Below, one piece after another: positions 1-9,067 of a stretch of DNA of 64,000 nucleotides. Position numbers and translations under genes: made by a program. The stretch is from Acutalibacteraceae bacterium. GTDB lineage: Bacteria > Bacillota > Clostridia > Oscillospirales > Acutalibacteraceae. The stretch's first letter is position 1. Each line of letters starts with the position of its first letter. The DNA lies in contig JAZSLU010000032.1 of the NCBI GenBank assembly GCA_045535505.1, positions 2,966-66,965 on the forward strand, read 5' to 3'. A model generated the notes under the pieces. That model was given only the letters and a program-made list of their open reading frames with translations. It made no database searches and was not told where the DNA came from.

Positions 1-192
1 GAAAGTGGCAAACAAATTTACAATAGTCCCAGCGTTAATGAAATTGCAAAATATAGAAGCGAACAGGTTGAACTTTTGTGGGAAGAAGTTAAACGTTTTG
101 AAAAACCGCACACCTACTATGTTGACCTTTCTCAACAGTTGTGGGATTTAAGAAACAGTCTGCTTAACAAAAAATATAAAGTAGAAGATTAA
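1..192 (+). CDS. pncB: 3' end of a nicotinate phosphoribosyltransferase-like gene (5' part lies outside the window)
   Basis: Frame 1 is open from nt 1 to TAA at 190-192. The tail ...ELLWEEVKRFEKPHTYYVDLSQQLWDLRNSLL resembles the conserved NAPRTase C-terminus as I remember it. It is absent from the ORF track because there is no start codon in the window. Confidence 0.55.
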   Translation, partial: ESGKQIYNSPSVNEIAKYRSEQVELLWEEVKRFEKPHTYYVDLSQQLWDLRNSLLNKKYKVED

Positions 193-211
193 TTTTGAGA
201 GGAAAAGTGTT

Positions 212-751
212 ATGAAACGTGTTTTGGCAGTTTTGCTTATATTGTGTATGATGTTTGCTTTTTGTGGCTGCGGCAACAAAAAAGCAGATGGTAACGATAT
301 TGAAGCACAAGCTTCACAAGGCAAAATACCCGAATCGCAGTTTGCGCTCGGCACAGATGTTTCTGTAATTAAAAATGCTTTTGACCCCGAAAAAAGTGAA
401 GAGCCGCTTCTTGAGCGCGAGGGTGAATCAACCGTAGTAATGACTATTGATAATTATGATTTTCATTATTACAAAGACAAAAAACAAAACGGAATTTCGG
501 TTTTAGTTAGCTTTACAGATGCTTACGGTTTTGAGAATGGAATAACTATGTCTAACGACATTATTGAGGTTTTGGGTGATAAAGGTAAACTGGATGCCGC
601 AACCGATGAACAAGTGTATTTTTTGCGTTCTGCAACCGAGGGCTGTGAAGTGCTTTCCTACACTTACGGCGACTATAAATTAGAGTTTTATTTTATAGAT
701 TATTTCCTTGCCGCCACAAAGCTTACCGATACACGCTATTGGGTGGACTAA
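212..751 (+). CDS. Putative secreted lipoprotein, function unknown
   Basis: ORF-track protein with N-terminus MKRVLAVLLILCMMFAFCGCGNK, a signal peptide plus lipobox-like FAFCGC. A GAGAGGAAAAG purine run lies upstream. I recognise no family. Confidence 0.6.
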   Translation: MKRVLAVLLILCMMFAFCGCGNKKADGNDIEAQASQGKIPESQFALGTDVSVIKNAFDPEKSEEPLLEREGESTVVMTIDNYDFHYYKDKKQNGISVLVSFTDAYGFENGITMSNDIIEVLGDKGKLDAATDEQVYFLRSATEGCEVLSYTYGDYKLEFYFIDYFLAATKLTDTRYWVD

Positions 752-772
752 GGCAAAGTTTTGCAAAAAATT

Positions 773-828
773 TCGCGGTAGTTTGAAAGCAGTTTTAAAA
801 CGCTTATCCTACCGCGATTTTTATTTTT
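773..828 (+). terminator. Possible rho-independent terminator after the lipoprotein gene
   Basis: TCGCGGTAG (773-781) pairs with CTACCGCGA (809-817) and is followed by a T-run. The loop is long (27 nt), so this is less certain. Confidence 0.4.
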
Positions 829-870
829 TAATGGTAATAAATTGTTAATAAAAAAGAAATAAAATACCTG

Positions 871-899
871 TTGCATAAGTATATAAATTATTGTAAAAT
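871..899 (+). promoter_or_regulatory. Candidate sigma-A promoter for lon
   Basis: TTGCAT (871-876), 17-nt spacer, TAAAAT (894-899), about 30 nt upstream of the lon start. Confidence 0.35.
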
Positions 900-925
900 A
901 ATCGTAGTTAATTTTTTGGAGGAAT

Positions 926-3322
926 TTGATGATTGCTAAAGAGTCCGTAGTACGTGAAATGCCGATGCTGCCTTTGCGCGGCCTTGTTGTGTTTCCGTCA
1001 ATGCTGCTTCATTTTGACGTGGGACGCGAAAAAAGTGTTGCCGCCGTTAATGAGGCTATGGAACACGGGCGTGAAATATTTGTGGTTACTCAAAGCGATA
1101 TAACCGCTGAAGAGCCTACTGCTAATGAGTTATATAATATAGGTTGTGTTGCTAAAATTCGTCAGGTTTTAAAACTGTCTGACGGAAACGTTCGCATTTT
1201 GATTGAAGGCTTGTACAGAGCCCGTCTTGATAATATTAAAAAGACGTCGCCTTATTATACTGCAACGGTTGAAGAATGTTTGCCTAAAAATTCGCGTACA
1301 ACTGTTTTGTACCGCGAAGCGCTTGTTCGCAAAGTGCGTGATTTGTTTGACAATTATTCTTCTGTTGCGCCACGACAGGCGCCCGATATAATTTTAACGG
1401 TTATGTCAAATGATAATCCCGACTTTTTATCGGATTACATTGCCTTTAATATACCCGTTCCTGCAGATGACAAACAGTATATTTTAGAGCAGACAAACCC
1501 AATAAAAAGATTGCAGCTTGTTGCAAAATTGCTTGAACGAGAACAAGAAATTCTTAATATAGATGCCGAGATAAGTGAAAAGGTTAAAAGCCAGATTGAT
1601 GAAAATCAGCGCGAGTTTTACCTTAAAGAACAACTTAAAGCAATTTCGGGCGAACTTTACGGTGAAGAGGGCGAGCAGGAAATTGAGAACTATCACGAAA
1701 AAGTTGCGGCATTAGGCGCACCACAAGAGGTTAAAGATAAACTTCACAGCGAGGTTAACAAACTTGCAAAAATGCCACATGGCTCTCATGAGGGAAGTGT
1801 TATAAGAGGATATCTTGATACTTGTTTAGAGCTCCCTTTTGGTGTTTATACAAATATCGCTACCGATGTTTTACGTTCAGCAAAAATTCTTAACCGTGAT
1901 TTTTACGGTATGGAAAAGGTTAAAGAAAGAATTTTAGAATCTCTTTCGGTTTACGCTCTTGCGCCTGAAATTTCGGGACAAATTATATGTCTTGTTGGCC
2001 CTCCAGGTGTAGGTAAAACCTCAATTGCAAAAACCATTGCCGAATGTACAAACAGAAAATATGCACGTATTGCATTGGGCGGTGTCCACGATGAGTCTGA
2101 AATTCGGGGTCATAGAAAAACATATATCGGCGCTATGCCGGGTAAAATTATAAACGCATTTAAACAGGCGGGAAGTCAAAATCCATTAATTTTGCTTGAC
2201 GAGATTGATAAATTGGGCAGCGATTTTCGCGGTGACCCGTCAGCCGCTCTTTTAGAGGTGCTTGACGGTGAGCAAAACAGCACTTTCTGCGACCATTATG
2301 TCGATATGCCTTTTGATTTGAGCAAGGCGTTGTTTATAACCACAGCAAATACAATGGAAACGATACCTGCGGCATTGCTTGACAGGTTAGAGGTTATCGA
2401 ACTTTCAAGTTATACCAGAGAAGAAAAGTTTAACATTGCAAAAGAACATTTGGTTAAAAAACAGCTTAAAAATCACGGTCTTAACGGTTCAAAGCTTCGC
2501 ATTGCTGATGATGCGCTTTATGGTCTTATTGATTTTTATACACGTGAAGCAGGTGTTAGAAAACTTGAACGCCGCATTGGCGAAATTTGCCGTAAAGCCG
2601 CAAAACTTATTGTGTCACAAGAAAAAGCGCGTGTTGACGTTAATGCGCAAAACCTTGATGTGCTTATCGGTCACGGCAGATATCGCACAGAAGAACTTTT
2701 AGAAAAAGACGAGGTTGGCGTGGTTAACGGCCTGGCCTGGACACAAGTTGGCGGCGAGTTGATGCAACTTGAGGTTAGCGTTGTTCAAGGCAACGGCAAG
2801 TTGGAACTTACAGGCTCACTTGGTGACGTTATGCAAGAGTCTGCAAAGGCTGCCGTTACATACGTGCGAAGTTGTGCTGCAAAGTACGGTATTGACCCCG
2901 ATTTTTATAAAAAATGCGATATACACATCCATGCTGTTCAAGCGGCGGTGCCAAAGGACGGTCCCTCTGCAGGTGTTACCATTGTTACGGCACTAATTTC
3001 TGCCTTAACAGGTCGTGCGGTCAAACGTGACGTTGCTATGACTGGTGAGATAAGCATTCGAGGTAGAGTGCTTGCGATAGGCGGCTTAAAAGAAAAAACA
3101 ATGGCTGCTTACCGTGCTGGTGTTAAAACGGTATTTATTCCCAAAGAAAACCTGCGGGATGTTGATGAAATTGATAAAACAGTTCGTGCTGCTTTGCAGA
3201 TTAAAACGGCTGAGTATTATGATGATATTGTGAAAGGCGCACTTTGTGATTGCGCTGAGGAAACGCCGCTTTTTGCGGGTGTTTCCAAAGAGGCAAGAAA
3301 TACAGTTGCGATTAGTCAGTAA
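926..3322 (+). CDS. lon: ATP-dependent Lon protease (LonA type)
   Basis: 798 aa. Has a Lon N-terminal substrate domain, Walker A GPPGVGKTS, and the protease serine motif PKDGPSAGVT. GGAGG lies at 918-922. The ATG at 929 is as likely as the TTG at 926 to be the real start. Confidence 0.95.
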   Translation: MMIAKESVVREMPMLPLRGLVVFPSMLLHFDVGREKSVAAVNEAMEHGREIFVVTQSDITAEEPTANELYNIGCVAKIRQVLKLSDGNVRILIEGLYRARLDNIKKTSPYYTATVEECLPKNSRTTVLYREALVRKVRDLFDNYSSVAPRQAPDIILTVMSNDNPDFLSDYIAFNIPVPADDKQYILEQTNPIKRLQLVAKLLEREQEILNIDAEISEKVKSQIDENQREFYLKEQLKAISGELYGEEGEQEIENYHEKVAALGAPQEVKDKLHSEVNKLAKMPHGSHEGSVIRGYLDTCLELPFGVYTNIATDVLRSAKILNRDFYGMEKVKERILESLSVYALAPEISGQIICLVGPPGVGKTSIAKTIAECTNRKYARIALGGVHDESEIRGHRKTYIGAMPGKIINAFKQAGSQNPLILLDEIDKLGSDFRGDPSAALLEVLDGEQNSTFCDHYVDMPFDLSKALFITTANTMETIPAALLDRLEVIELSSYTREEKFNIAKEHLVKKQLKNHGLNGSKLRIADDALYGLIDFYTREAGVRKLERRIGEICRKAAKLIVSQEKARVDVNAQNLDVLIGHGRYRTEELLEKDEVGVVNGLAWTQVGGELMQLEVSVVQGNGKLELTGSLGDVMQESAKAAVTYVRSCAAKYGIDPDFYKKCDIHIHAVQAAVPKDGPSAGVTIVTALISALTGRAVKRDVAMTGEISIRGRVLAIGGLKEKTMAAYRAGVKTVFIPKENLRDVDEIDKTVRAALQIKTAEYYDDIVKGALCDCAEETPLFAGVSKEARNTVAISQ

Positions 3323-3328
3323 AAAAAT

Positions 3329-3907
3329 ATGAATTTTTCTAATGCAGTTTTTGAACTTTCGGCAGGATTGCCTCATCAGTTGCCCGAATGCGATAAGGCA
3401 GAAGTATGCTTTTTGGGGCGTTCTAACGTCGGAAAATCGTCACTAATTAATAAGGTGCTTGGTAGAAAAAACTTAGCATATACAGGTTCTAAACCCGGCA
3501 AAACAGTTACTATAAACTTTTATACGGTTGACGGTATGCGTTTTGTTGATATGCCAGGTTATGGCTTTGCAAAGGTGTCTGATGCTGAAAAAGAGCGTTG
3601 GGCAACTTTGTGCGAGGGATATTTTTCATCAGGTCGTACAATAGGCGCGGCATTTCAGCTTATTGATATGCGACGTTTGCCTACCGAACAAGATATACAA
3701 ATGATTGAATGTCTTGAGCAGTTTGGTTATGATTATTACATTGTATTAACGAAAAGTGATAAGCTTAACAAAACCGAGCGCACAAAAATTCTGGCTGAAT
3801 ATGAAAAATTGTTACCGGGTGTTGAGGTTATACCTTTTTCGTCGCTAAAAGGCGAGGGTGTTGACCGAATTAGAGAAATTACACAAAAGGTTGGTGGTAA
3901 TGAATGA
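3329..3907 (+). CDS. engB: Ribosome-biogenesis GTPase YsxC/EngB
   Basis: 192 aa with G1 GRSNVGKSSLIN, DMPGYGFA and TKSDK. It sits immediately downstream of lon, as lonA-ysxC does in Bacillus subtilis. Confidence 0.9.
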   Translation: MNFSNAVFELSAGLPHQLPECDKAEVCFLGRSNVGKSSLINKVLGRKNLAYTGSKPGKTVTINFYTVDGMRFVDMPGYGFAKVSDAEKERWATLCEGYFSSGRTIGAAFQLIDMRRLPTEQDIQMIECLEQFGYDYYIVLTKSDKLNKTERTKILAEYEKLLPGVEVIPFSSLKGEGVDRIREITQKVGGNE

Positions 3908-5202
3908 AACTAACAGTAAGCTATGGTGTTAACGAAAAAGGACATTTTACTGCAGGGCAGGTTGACGTTGTTGAACTTGCAAAGGAGTATGGTACACCTC
4001 TTTATGTTCTTAATGAGGATGATATAAGAAAACATTGCCGCCGCTTTAAAGAGGCAATAGATGAATGCTATGATGGCAACGGTTTACCGCTTTACGCCAG
4101 TAAAGCATTTTCTTGCAAAGAAATGTATCGCATTATTGACGACGAGGGGCTTGGTGCCGATGTTGTTTCGGGCGGCGAACTTTTTACTGCTCTTAGTGCA
4201 GGGTTTCCTGCCGAAAAGATTTTCTTCCACGGCAATAACAAAACTGCAGATGAGTTGGATTATGCAATGAAAAGCGACGTTGGTCGCGTTGTTGTTGACA
4301 ACATTCGTGAGCTTTCAATGCTTGACAATGCTGCTGCAAGATATGGAAAAATTGCAAAAATAATGTTTCGAATAAAGCCCGGTGTTGATGCCCACACGCA
4401 TGATTTTATTAAGACGGGTCAGATTGATTCTAAATTTGGTTTTGCTATTGAAACGGGAGAAGCCGTTGATGCTGTAAAAACTGCGCTACAGTTTAAAAAT
4501 ATTAAATTGTGCGGTATGCATTGCCATATTGGTTCTCAAATTTTTGATACGGCACCTTTTTATGAGGCCGCAAGCGTTATGATGGATTTTTTGCTGGAAA
4601 TAAAAGCAAAATTCGGTATTGAGATGGCTGAACTTAATCTTGGCGGCGGTTTTGGTATTAGGTATAAAGAAGATGATACTCCTGTTACATATCGTGAGTA
4701 TATTGTCGGCGTTTCAAAAATTATTAAAAATTTCTGCAAAGTGAACAACTACAACGTTCCGCGTATATACGTGGAGCCGGGCAGAGGAATTGCGGCACCC
4801 GGTTCAATGACCCTTTATACAGTTGGTTCGGTTAAAACTATACCTAACGTTCGTACCTACGTTGCAGTTGACGGCGGTATGCCCGATAACCCGCGATATA
4901 TTCTTTACGGTGCCGAGTATGAGGCTGTTATAGCTAACAAAGCGGACAAGCCTCGTGATTTTAAAGCAACTATTGCAGGCAAGTGTTGTGAAAGCGGCGA
5001 CCTTTTGGCAGAAAATGCAATGATTCAAAAGCCTGAATCTGACGATGTTTTGGCTGTACTTGCAACCGGTGCTTACAACTATTCGATGGCAAGTAATTAC
5101 AATAGAATTCCTCGTCCTGCCGTTGTTATGGTAAAGGGTGACGGCGCAAGGGTTGTAGTAAAACGTGAGACCTTTGAAGACTTAATTAAAAACGATATAT
5201 AA
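3904..5202 (+). CDS. lysA: Diaminopimelate decarboxylase
   Basis: 432 aa with motifs YASKAF, NLGGGFG, EPGR and CESGD, typical of PLP-dependent DAP decarboxylases. Its start overlaps the engB stop (ATGA at 3904-3907). Confidence 0.9.
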   Translation: MKLTVSYGVNEKGHFTAGQVDVVELAKEYGTPLYVLNEDDIRKHCRRFKEAIDECYDGNGLPLYASKAFSCKEMYRIIDDEGLGADVVSGGELFTALSAGFPAEKIFFHGNNKTADELDYAMKSDVGRVVVDNIRELSMLDNAAARYGKIAKIMFRIKPGVDAHTHDFIKTGQIDSKFGFAIETGEAVDAVKTALQFKNIKLCGMHCHIGSQIFDTAPFYEAASVMMDFLLEIKAKFGIEMAELNLGGGFGIRYKEDDTPVTYREYIVGVSKIIKNFCKVNNYNVPRIYVEPGRGIAAPGSMTLYTVGSVKTIPNVRTYVAVDGGMPDNPRYILYGAEYEAVIANKADKPRDFKATIAGKCCESGDLLAENAMIQKPESDDVLAVLATGAYNYSMASNYNRIPRPAVVMVKGDGARVVVKRETFEDLIKNDI

Positions 5203-5232
5203 AAAAAGCGGTGAAATTTCACCGCTTTTTTT
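5201..5232. terminator. Bidirectional rho-independent terminator
   Basis: Perfect palindrome GCGGTGAAATTTCACCGC (5208-5225), flanked by an A-run (5201-5207) and a T-run (5226-5232). Confidence 0.8.
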
Positions 5233-5245
5233 ATAACAGGACAAC

Positions 5246-5278
5246 GGCACCTGCCTATTGGCAGGTGCCGTTTTGGGC
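5246..5278. terminator. Second GC-rich hairpin between lysA and the convergent mini-gene
   Basis: GGCACCTGCC / GGCAGGTGCC stem (5246-5269) followed by GTTTTG. Confidence 0.45.
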
Positions 5279-5298
5279 TTTGCAGTCAATTTAAACAA

Positions 5299-5412
5299 TT
5301 AGCAACAACCGCAGCCGTTACCGCCTTCGTTATTGCCGCCGCATACTGCTAAAAGAACAATGAGGATGATTACCCAAGAGCAGCAGCTGCCGTTAAAAAG
5401 ATTGTTACACAT
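5299..5412 (-). CDS. Unannotated 37-aa cysteine/glycine-rich single-TM mini-protein (YjcZ-like / tiny-TM sporulation-peptide-like)
   Basis: Hand translation of the minus strand gives MCNNLFNGSCCSWVIILIVLLAVCGGNNEGGNGCGCC, with ATG at 5412-5410 and TAA at 5301-5299. AGGAGG (complement of 5421-5426) lies 8 nt upstream. It is followed by the hairpins at 5246-5269 and 5208-5225. It is below the 60-aa cutoff of the ORF track. Confidence 0.55.
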   Translation of the reverse strand: MCNNLFNGSCCSWVIILIVLLAVCGGNNEGGNGCGCC

Positions 5413-5615
5413 ATTGCAAACCTCCTTTCGTCTTTACAACCCATACTATGTGTAACAATAAAATTTGGTGCTAAAATTTTTTTTGGAAAATAATTTGCAA
5501 TGATTACAAAGATACGGTCAAGGTAATAATTAATATGTAAAAATTATTTTATGTTTACGGGACAGACAATACTGAATATTATGAGAGTGAATAAAGTTTA
5601 AGGCGGTAATTTTAA

Positions 5616-7880
5616 GTGCAATACAGTTATGAACTTTTTACAAATGCGGCTAAAACTGCAATAGAATGCGGCGTTAAATCCGCAAGTATGATGGGCCATA
5701 CTTATGTTGGTTGCGAACATATATTGCTTGGGATTGCAGGAACAGAACAAAGTGTCGGAGCAAAAATTTTAAAAGCTCGCGGTGTAACAACAAGGGATAT
5801 AATTGGCGTTATTGAAGATGTTATAGGTAGCGGTAACCCAACGGTGTTATGTCACGATAACTTTACAAAGACAGCGCAAATGGTTATTGAAAATTCAATT
5901 AAATATATGACACAAAAAGGCTGCACTTGCGTGGGCACAGACCATTTATTACTTAGCATCGTGTCTGGCGCTGATAATTTTGCAAAAAAGTTGCTAAGGG
6001 AGTTTGACGTTAACATAACGGCGCTTATTGGCGAACTTGAGGGGTACAGAACAAATTGTGTAAATGACAATAGTATCAAAGCGTCTAACATTAAGGTTCA
6101 TAAAACAACCCTACTTGAGAAGTATGGCACAAACTTAACAAAAGCGGCGCAAAATGGTTTGATTGACCCTCTTATTGCAAGAACAAATGAACTTAACAAG
6201 GTTATTAGAATTTTATGCAGACGGCATAAAAACAACCCTTGTCTTGTGGGTGAACCCGGTGTTGGCAAAACGGCTATTGTGCAAGGTCTTGCAAGAAAAA
6301 TTGTGCAAGGCGAGGTACCCCATTTGCTTTTGGGAAAACAAATTATCTCGCTTGATTTGACGGCGCTTGTTGCGGGAACAAAATACCGTGGAGATTTTGA
6401 GGACAGAGTGCAAAACTTAATAAATGAGGTGCGTTTAAACCCTGATATTATCTTATTTATTGATGAGGTGCATACTGTAGTAGGGGCCGGCTCTGCAGAG
6501 GGGTCGGTTGATGCGGCTAACATATTAAAGCCTGCACTAACAATGGGAGATTTTAAAGTTATTGGAGCAACGACATATAACGAATATCGCAAGAACATCG
6601 AAAAAGATTCGGCTTTAGAACGTCGCTTTCAACCCGTTTATGTGAACGAGCCGTCTTGCGAGGAGGCGGTTGACATTATAATCGGGGTAAAGGATGTTTA
6701 CAGTGAGCATCACGGCGTTGAAATTCCAAACGAGGTTATATCGGCGGCAGTGTCGCTTTCAAACAGGTATATTAATGACAGATTTTTGCCCGACAAGGCT
6801 ATTGACTTAATTGACGAGGCGGCGGCAAAAATTAAACTTGAAAATTCAAACGGTGAGTATGACGAGGTTTTAAAGGGCGGGGTTGCGCTAAAAAATAAAA
6901 GAGCAACTTTAAGCATTGATGACATTAAAGAGGTTTTGGCGCAAAACTGTAATCTACCCATAAGTCAACTTAGTAATGATGTGTTTTATAATGACCCTCA
7001 AAAAAGATTGAAAGAAAGAATAGTAGGTCAAGACAATGCTGTTCAAGCGGTTTGCAAGGCGTTAAGACGCTCGGCAGCCGGTATAAGAGATAAACAAAGA
7101 CCAATTGGCTCTTTTTTGTTTAGTGGACCTACGGGTGTTGGAAAAACTTATTTATGCCGTCTTCTTGCGCTTGAACTGTTTGGCAGCGAGAAAAACCTTA
7201 TAAAGCTTGATATGTCTGAATATAGCGAAAAGCATACGGTTTCTCGTCTTATTGGTGCACCTCCGGGATATGTTGGATATGACGAGCCCGGACAACTAAC
7301 GCAGGCGGTACGAAAAAAGCCTTACAGTGTTGTTTTGTTTGATGAAATTGAAAAAGCGCACCCTGATGTTTATAACATTTTATTGCAGATTTTAGAGGAT
7401 GGTGTGCTTACGGATTCTTCCGGTAGGAAGGTTAATTTTTCTAATACTGTAATAGTTATCACTACCAATACGGGTGGCAAACAAAGCGGCGTTATGGGCT
7501 TTAATTCTTCTGCAAAAGATATATTAAATAAAGAAATTACCGATTATTTTAGACCCGAATTGCTCGGCAGGCTTGACGAGATAGTTATGTTTGACGGTCT
7601 TGACAAAAACGCTTTGCAACAAATTTGTAAACTCTTGCTAGAGCAGTTGAAAAAGTTGGTTAATGAAAACGGCGGCAATCTTGAGATTGATGACAGTGTT
7701 TATGAGGTTTTAGCAAGTGAATGTGATGATAAAAGTGGTGGAGCAAGGGCACTAAAGAGAATTATAAGGGACAAAATTGAAGATAAACTTAGTGAACTTG
7801 CTATTGAACGTGGCGGTATGTTGGCACAACAGTTTATTTGCGGCGTGAATAAAAATGAGATTATTATAAGTGTAAAATAA
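5616..7880 (+). CDS. Clp/Hsp100 AAA+ unfoldase with ClpC-like N-domain but no middle (UVR/coiled-coil) domain
   Basis: 754 aa with a GTG start and AAGGCGG upstream. Two Clp_N repeats. D1 has GEPGVGKTA / ILFIDEVH and D2 has GPTGVGKTY / VVLFDEIEKA. An MGF tripeptide sits in the position of the ClpP-docking loop. Confidence 0.85.
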   Translation: MQYSYELFTNAAKTAIECGVKSASMMGHTYVGCEHILLGIAGTEQSVGAKILKARGVTTRDIIGVIEDVIGSGNPTVLCHDNFTKTAQMVIENSIKYMTQKGCTCVGTDHLLLSIVSGADNFAKKLLREFDVNITALIGELEGYRTNCVNDNSIKASNIKVHKTTLLEKYGTNLTKAAQNGLIDPLIARTNELNKVIRILCRRHKNNPCLVGEPGVGKTAIVQGLARKIVQGEVPHLLLGKQIISLDLTALVAGTKYRGDFEDRVQNLINEVRLNPDIILFIDEVHTVVGAGSAEGSVDAANILKPALTMGDFKVIGATTYNEYRKNIEKDSALERRFQPVYVNEPSCEEAVDIIIGVKDVYSEHHGVEIPNEVISAAVSLSNRYINDRFLPDKAIDLIDEAAAKIKLENSNGEYDEVLKGGVALKNKRATLSIDDIKEVLAQNCNLPISQLSNDVFYNDPQKRLKERIVGQDNAVQAVCKALRRSAAGIRDKQRPIGSFLFSGPTGVGKTYLCRLLALELFGSEKNLIKLDMSEYSEKHTVSRLIGAPPGYVGYDEPGQLTQAVRKKPYSVVLFDEIEKAHPDVYNILLQILEDGVLTDSSGRKVNFSNTVIVITTNTGGKQSGVMGFNSSAKDILNKEITDYFRPELLGRLDEIVMFDGLDKNALQQICKLLLEQLKKLVNENGGNLEIDDSVYEVLASECDDKSGGARALKRIIRDKIEDKLSELAIERGGMLAQQFICGVNKNEIIISVK

Positions 7881-7882
7881 GA

Positions 7883-7908
7883 AAAGCGGAGTTAATCTCC
7901 GCTTTTTT
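7883..7908 (+). terminator. Rho-independent terminator after the clp gene
   Basis: GCGGAG-ttaat-CTCCGC followed by TTTTTT. Confidence 0.8.
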
Positions 7909-7975
7909 GTATCAAATGGTAAAATTTCGGGCAAAATATTTTAAAAAGTTTTTATAAACTGTTGGGGTTAAAAGT

Positions 7976-9064
7976 ATGGATAATAAAATTCATTTAAGAC
8001 AGGTTATTCTTTTGTTGTTTGTTGCTGTGACAACAACTTATTCAATTATTGATATGCCGAAATTTATGGCTCAAAGTTTTGATAGAAGCAGTTGGCTGCC
8101 GATAATTTTGGGTGCCTTTGTTTTTGCGGCGGCGGTAAGTTTGATTGCGCAAATTAACTGTATGTATCAGGGCAAGGTGTTTTTTGATTATACAAACGAA
8201 ATTATGGGTAAATTCTTTGCGTATTTTTTCAGTATTTTTTATATTTTATATTTCATCATTATTGAAACAAACTTAAATATTAAGCTTGTTGGAATTTTAA
8301 GCGCAAACTTTTTGCCGAAAACACCATACTATATTTTTTTAGCAGTATCAATTGGACTTTCTGCTTTTTTGGCGAAAAAGGGATTAACAAATGTTTGCAG
8401 ACTTATTGAGATAACAGGAATATTATTTTTAGTGGTTACAATATTTATTTGTATTGTGATGATAACCAACGGAAACAAAAACAATATTTTACCCCTATTT
8501 AATAAGAATGATTTTAATAATATTGCACAGTCGGTAAGAGAAATTATTTTACCTTTTGCGGGTGTTGAAGTTTTACTGATTGTGCCTTTTGCTAAAGGAT
8601 ATAAAAATGTTGCGAAAAAGGCATTTTTGACTATGCTTTTTATAGGCTTGTTTTATGTATTGATTGTTGAAAGCACAATAAAAATTCTTGGACCTAACAA
8701 CACCAAACTGTTGAACGATGCTTTTTTTGATGCTGTAAAATCTACCCCTGCGCCAATTATCGAAAGGCTTGATGTAATTTATCTAACGTTTGGTCTTGCA
8801 AGTTTGTTTACAGGTTTTGGCGTTATGTTTTTAGCAATAATTGAACATGCTTGTAAGGTTTTTTCAAGGGTTAACAGAAACGTGATTATAGCCATTGCTT
8901 CTGTTATAGTTTTTATTTTAAGCATTATTGGAATTAAGACCGATGCAGCAGATTTGGCAAGAAATATTATAGCCGTTATGATTGTTTTTGCAGTATTTGT
9001 TATACCTTTAATTGTATTTATTGGCGCAAAAATTAAAAGACACAATAAATATGCGGAGGTGTGA
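7976..9064 (+). CDS. Spore germination receptor B subunit (GerAB/GerKB-type permease)
   Basis: 362 aa, polytopic membrane protein. It is followed directly by GerxC- and GerxA-like genes. The family call rests on context and APC-like permease character. Confidence 0.75.
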   Translation: MDNKIHLRQVILLLFVAVTTTYSIIDMPKFMAQSFDRSSWLPIILGAFVFAAAVSLIAQINCMYQGKVFFDYTNEIMGKFFAYFFSIFYILYFIIIETNLNIKLVGILSANFLPKTPYYIFLAVSIGLSAFLAKKGLTNVCRLIEITGILFLVVTIFICIVMITNGNKNNILPLFNKNDFNNIAQSVREIILPFAGVEVLLIVPFAKGYKNVAKKAFLTMLFIGLFYVLIVESTIKILGPNNTKLLNDAFFDAVKSTPAPIIERLDVIYLTFGLASLFTGFGVMFLAIIEHACKVFSRVNRNVIIAIASVIVFILSIIGIKTDAADLARNIIAVMIVFAVFVIPLIVFIGAKIKRHNKYAEV

Positions 9065-9067
9065 TGA

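Noticed and set aside
5501-5540. Possible CtsR operator upstream of the clp gene (GGTCAAG at 5515-5521).
   Set aside because: Only one heptad is present. The CtsR operator is a tandem direct repeat of (A/G)GTCAAA separated by 3 nt, and the second repeat is not there.
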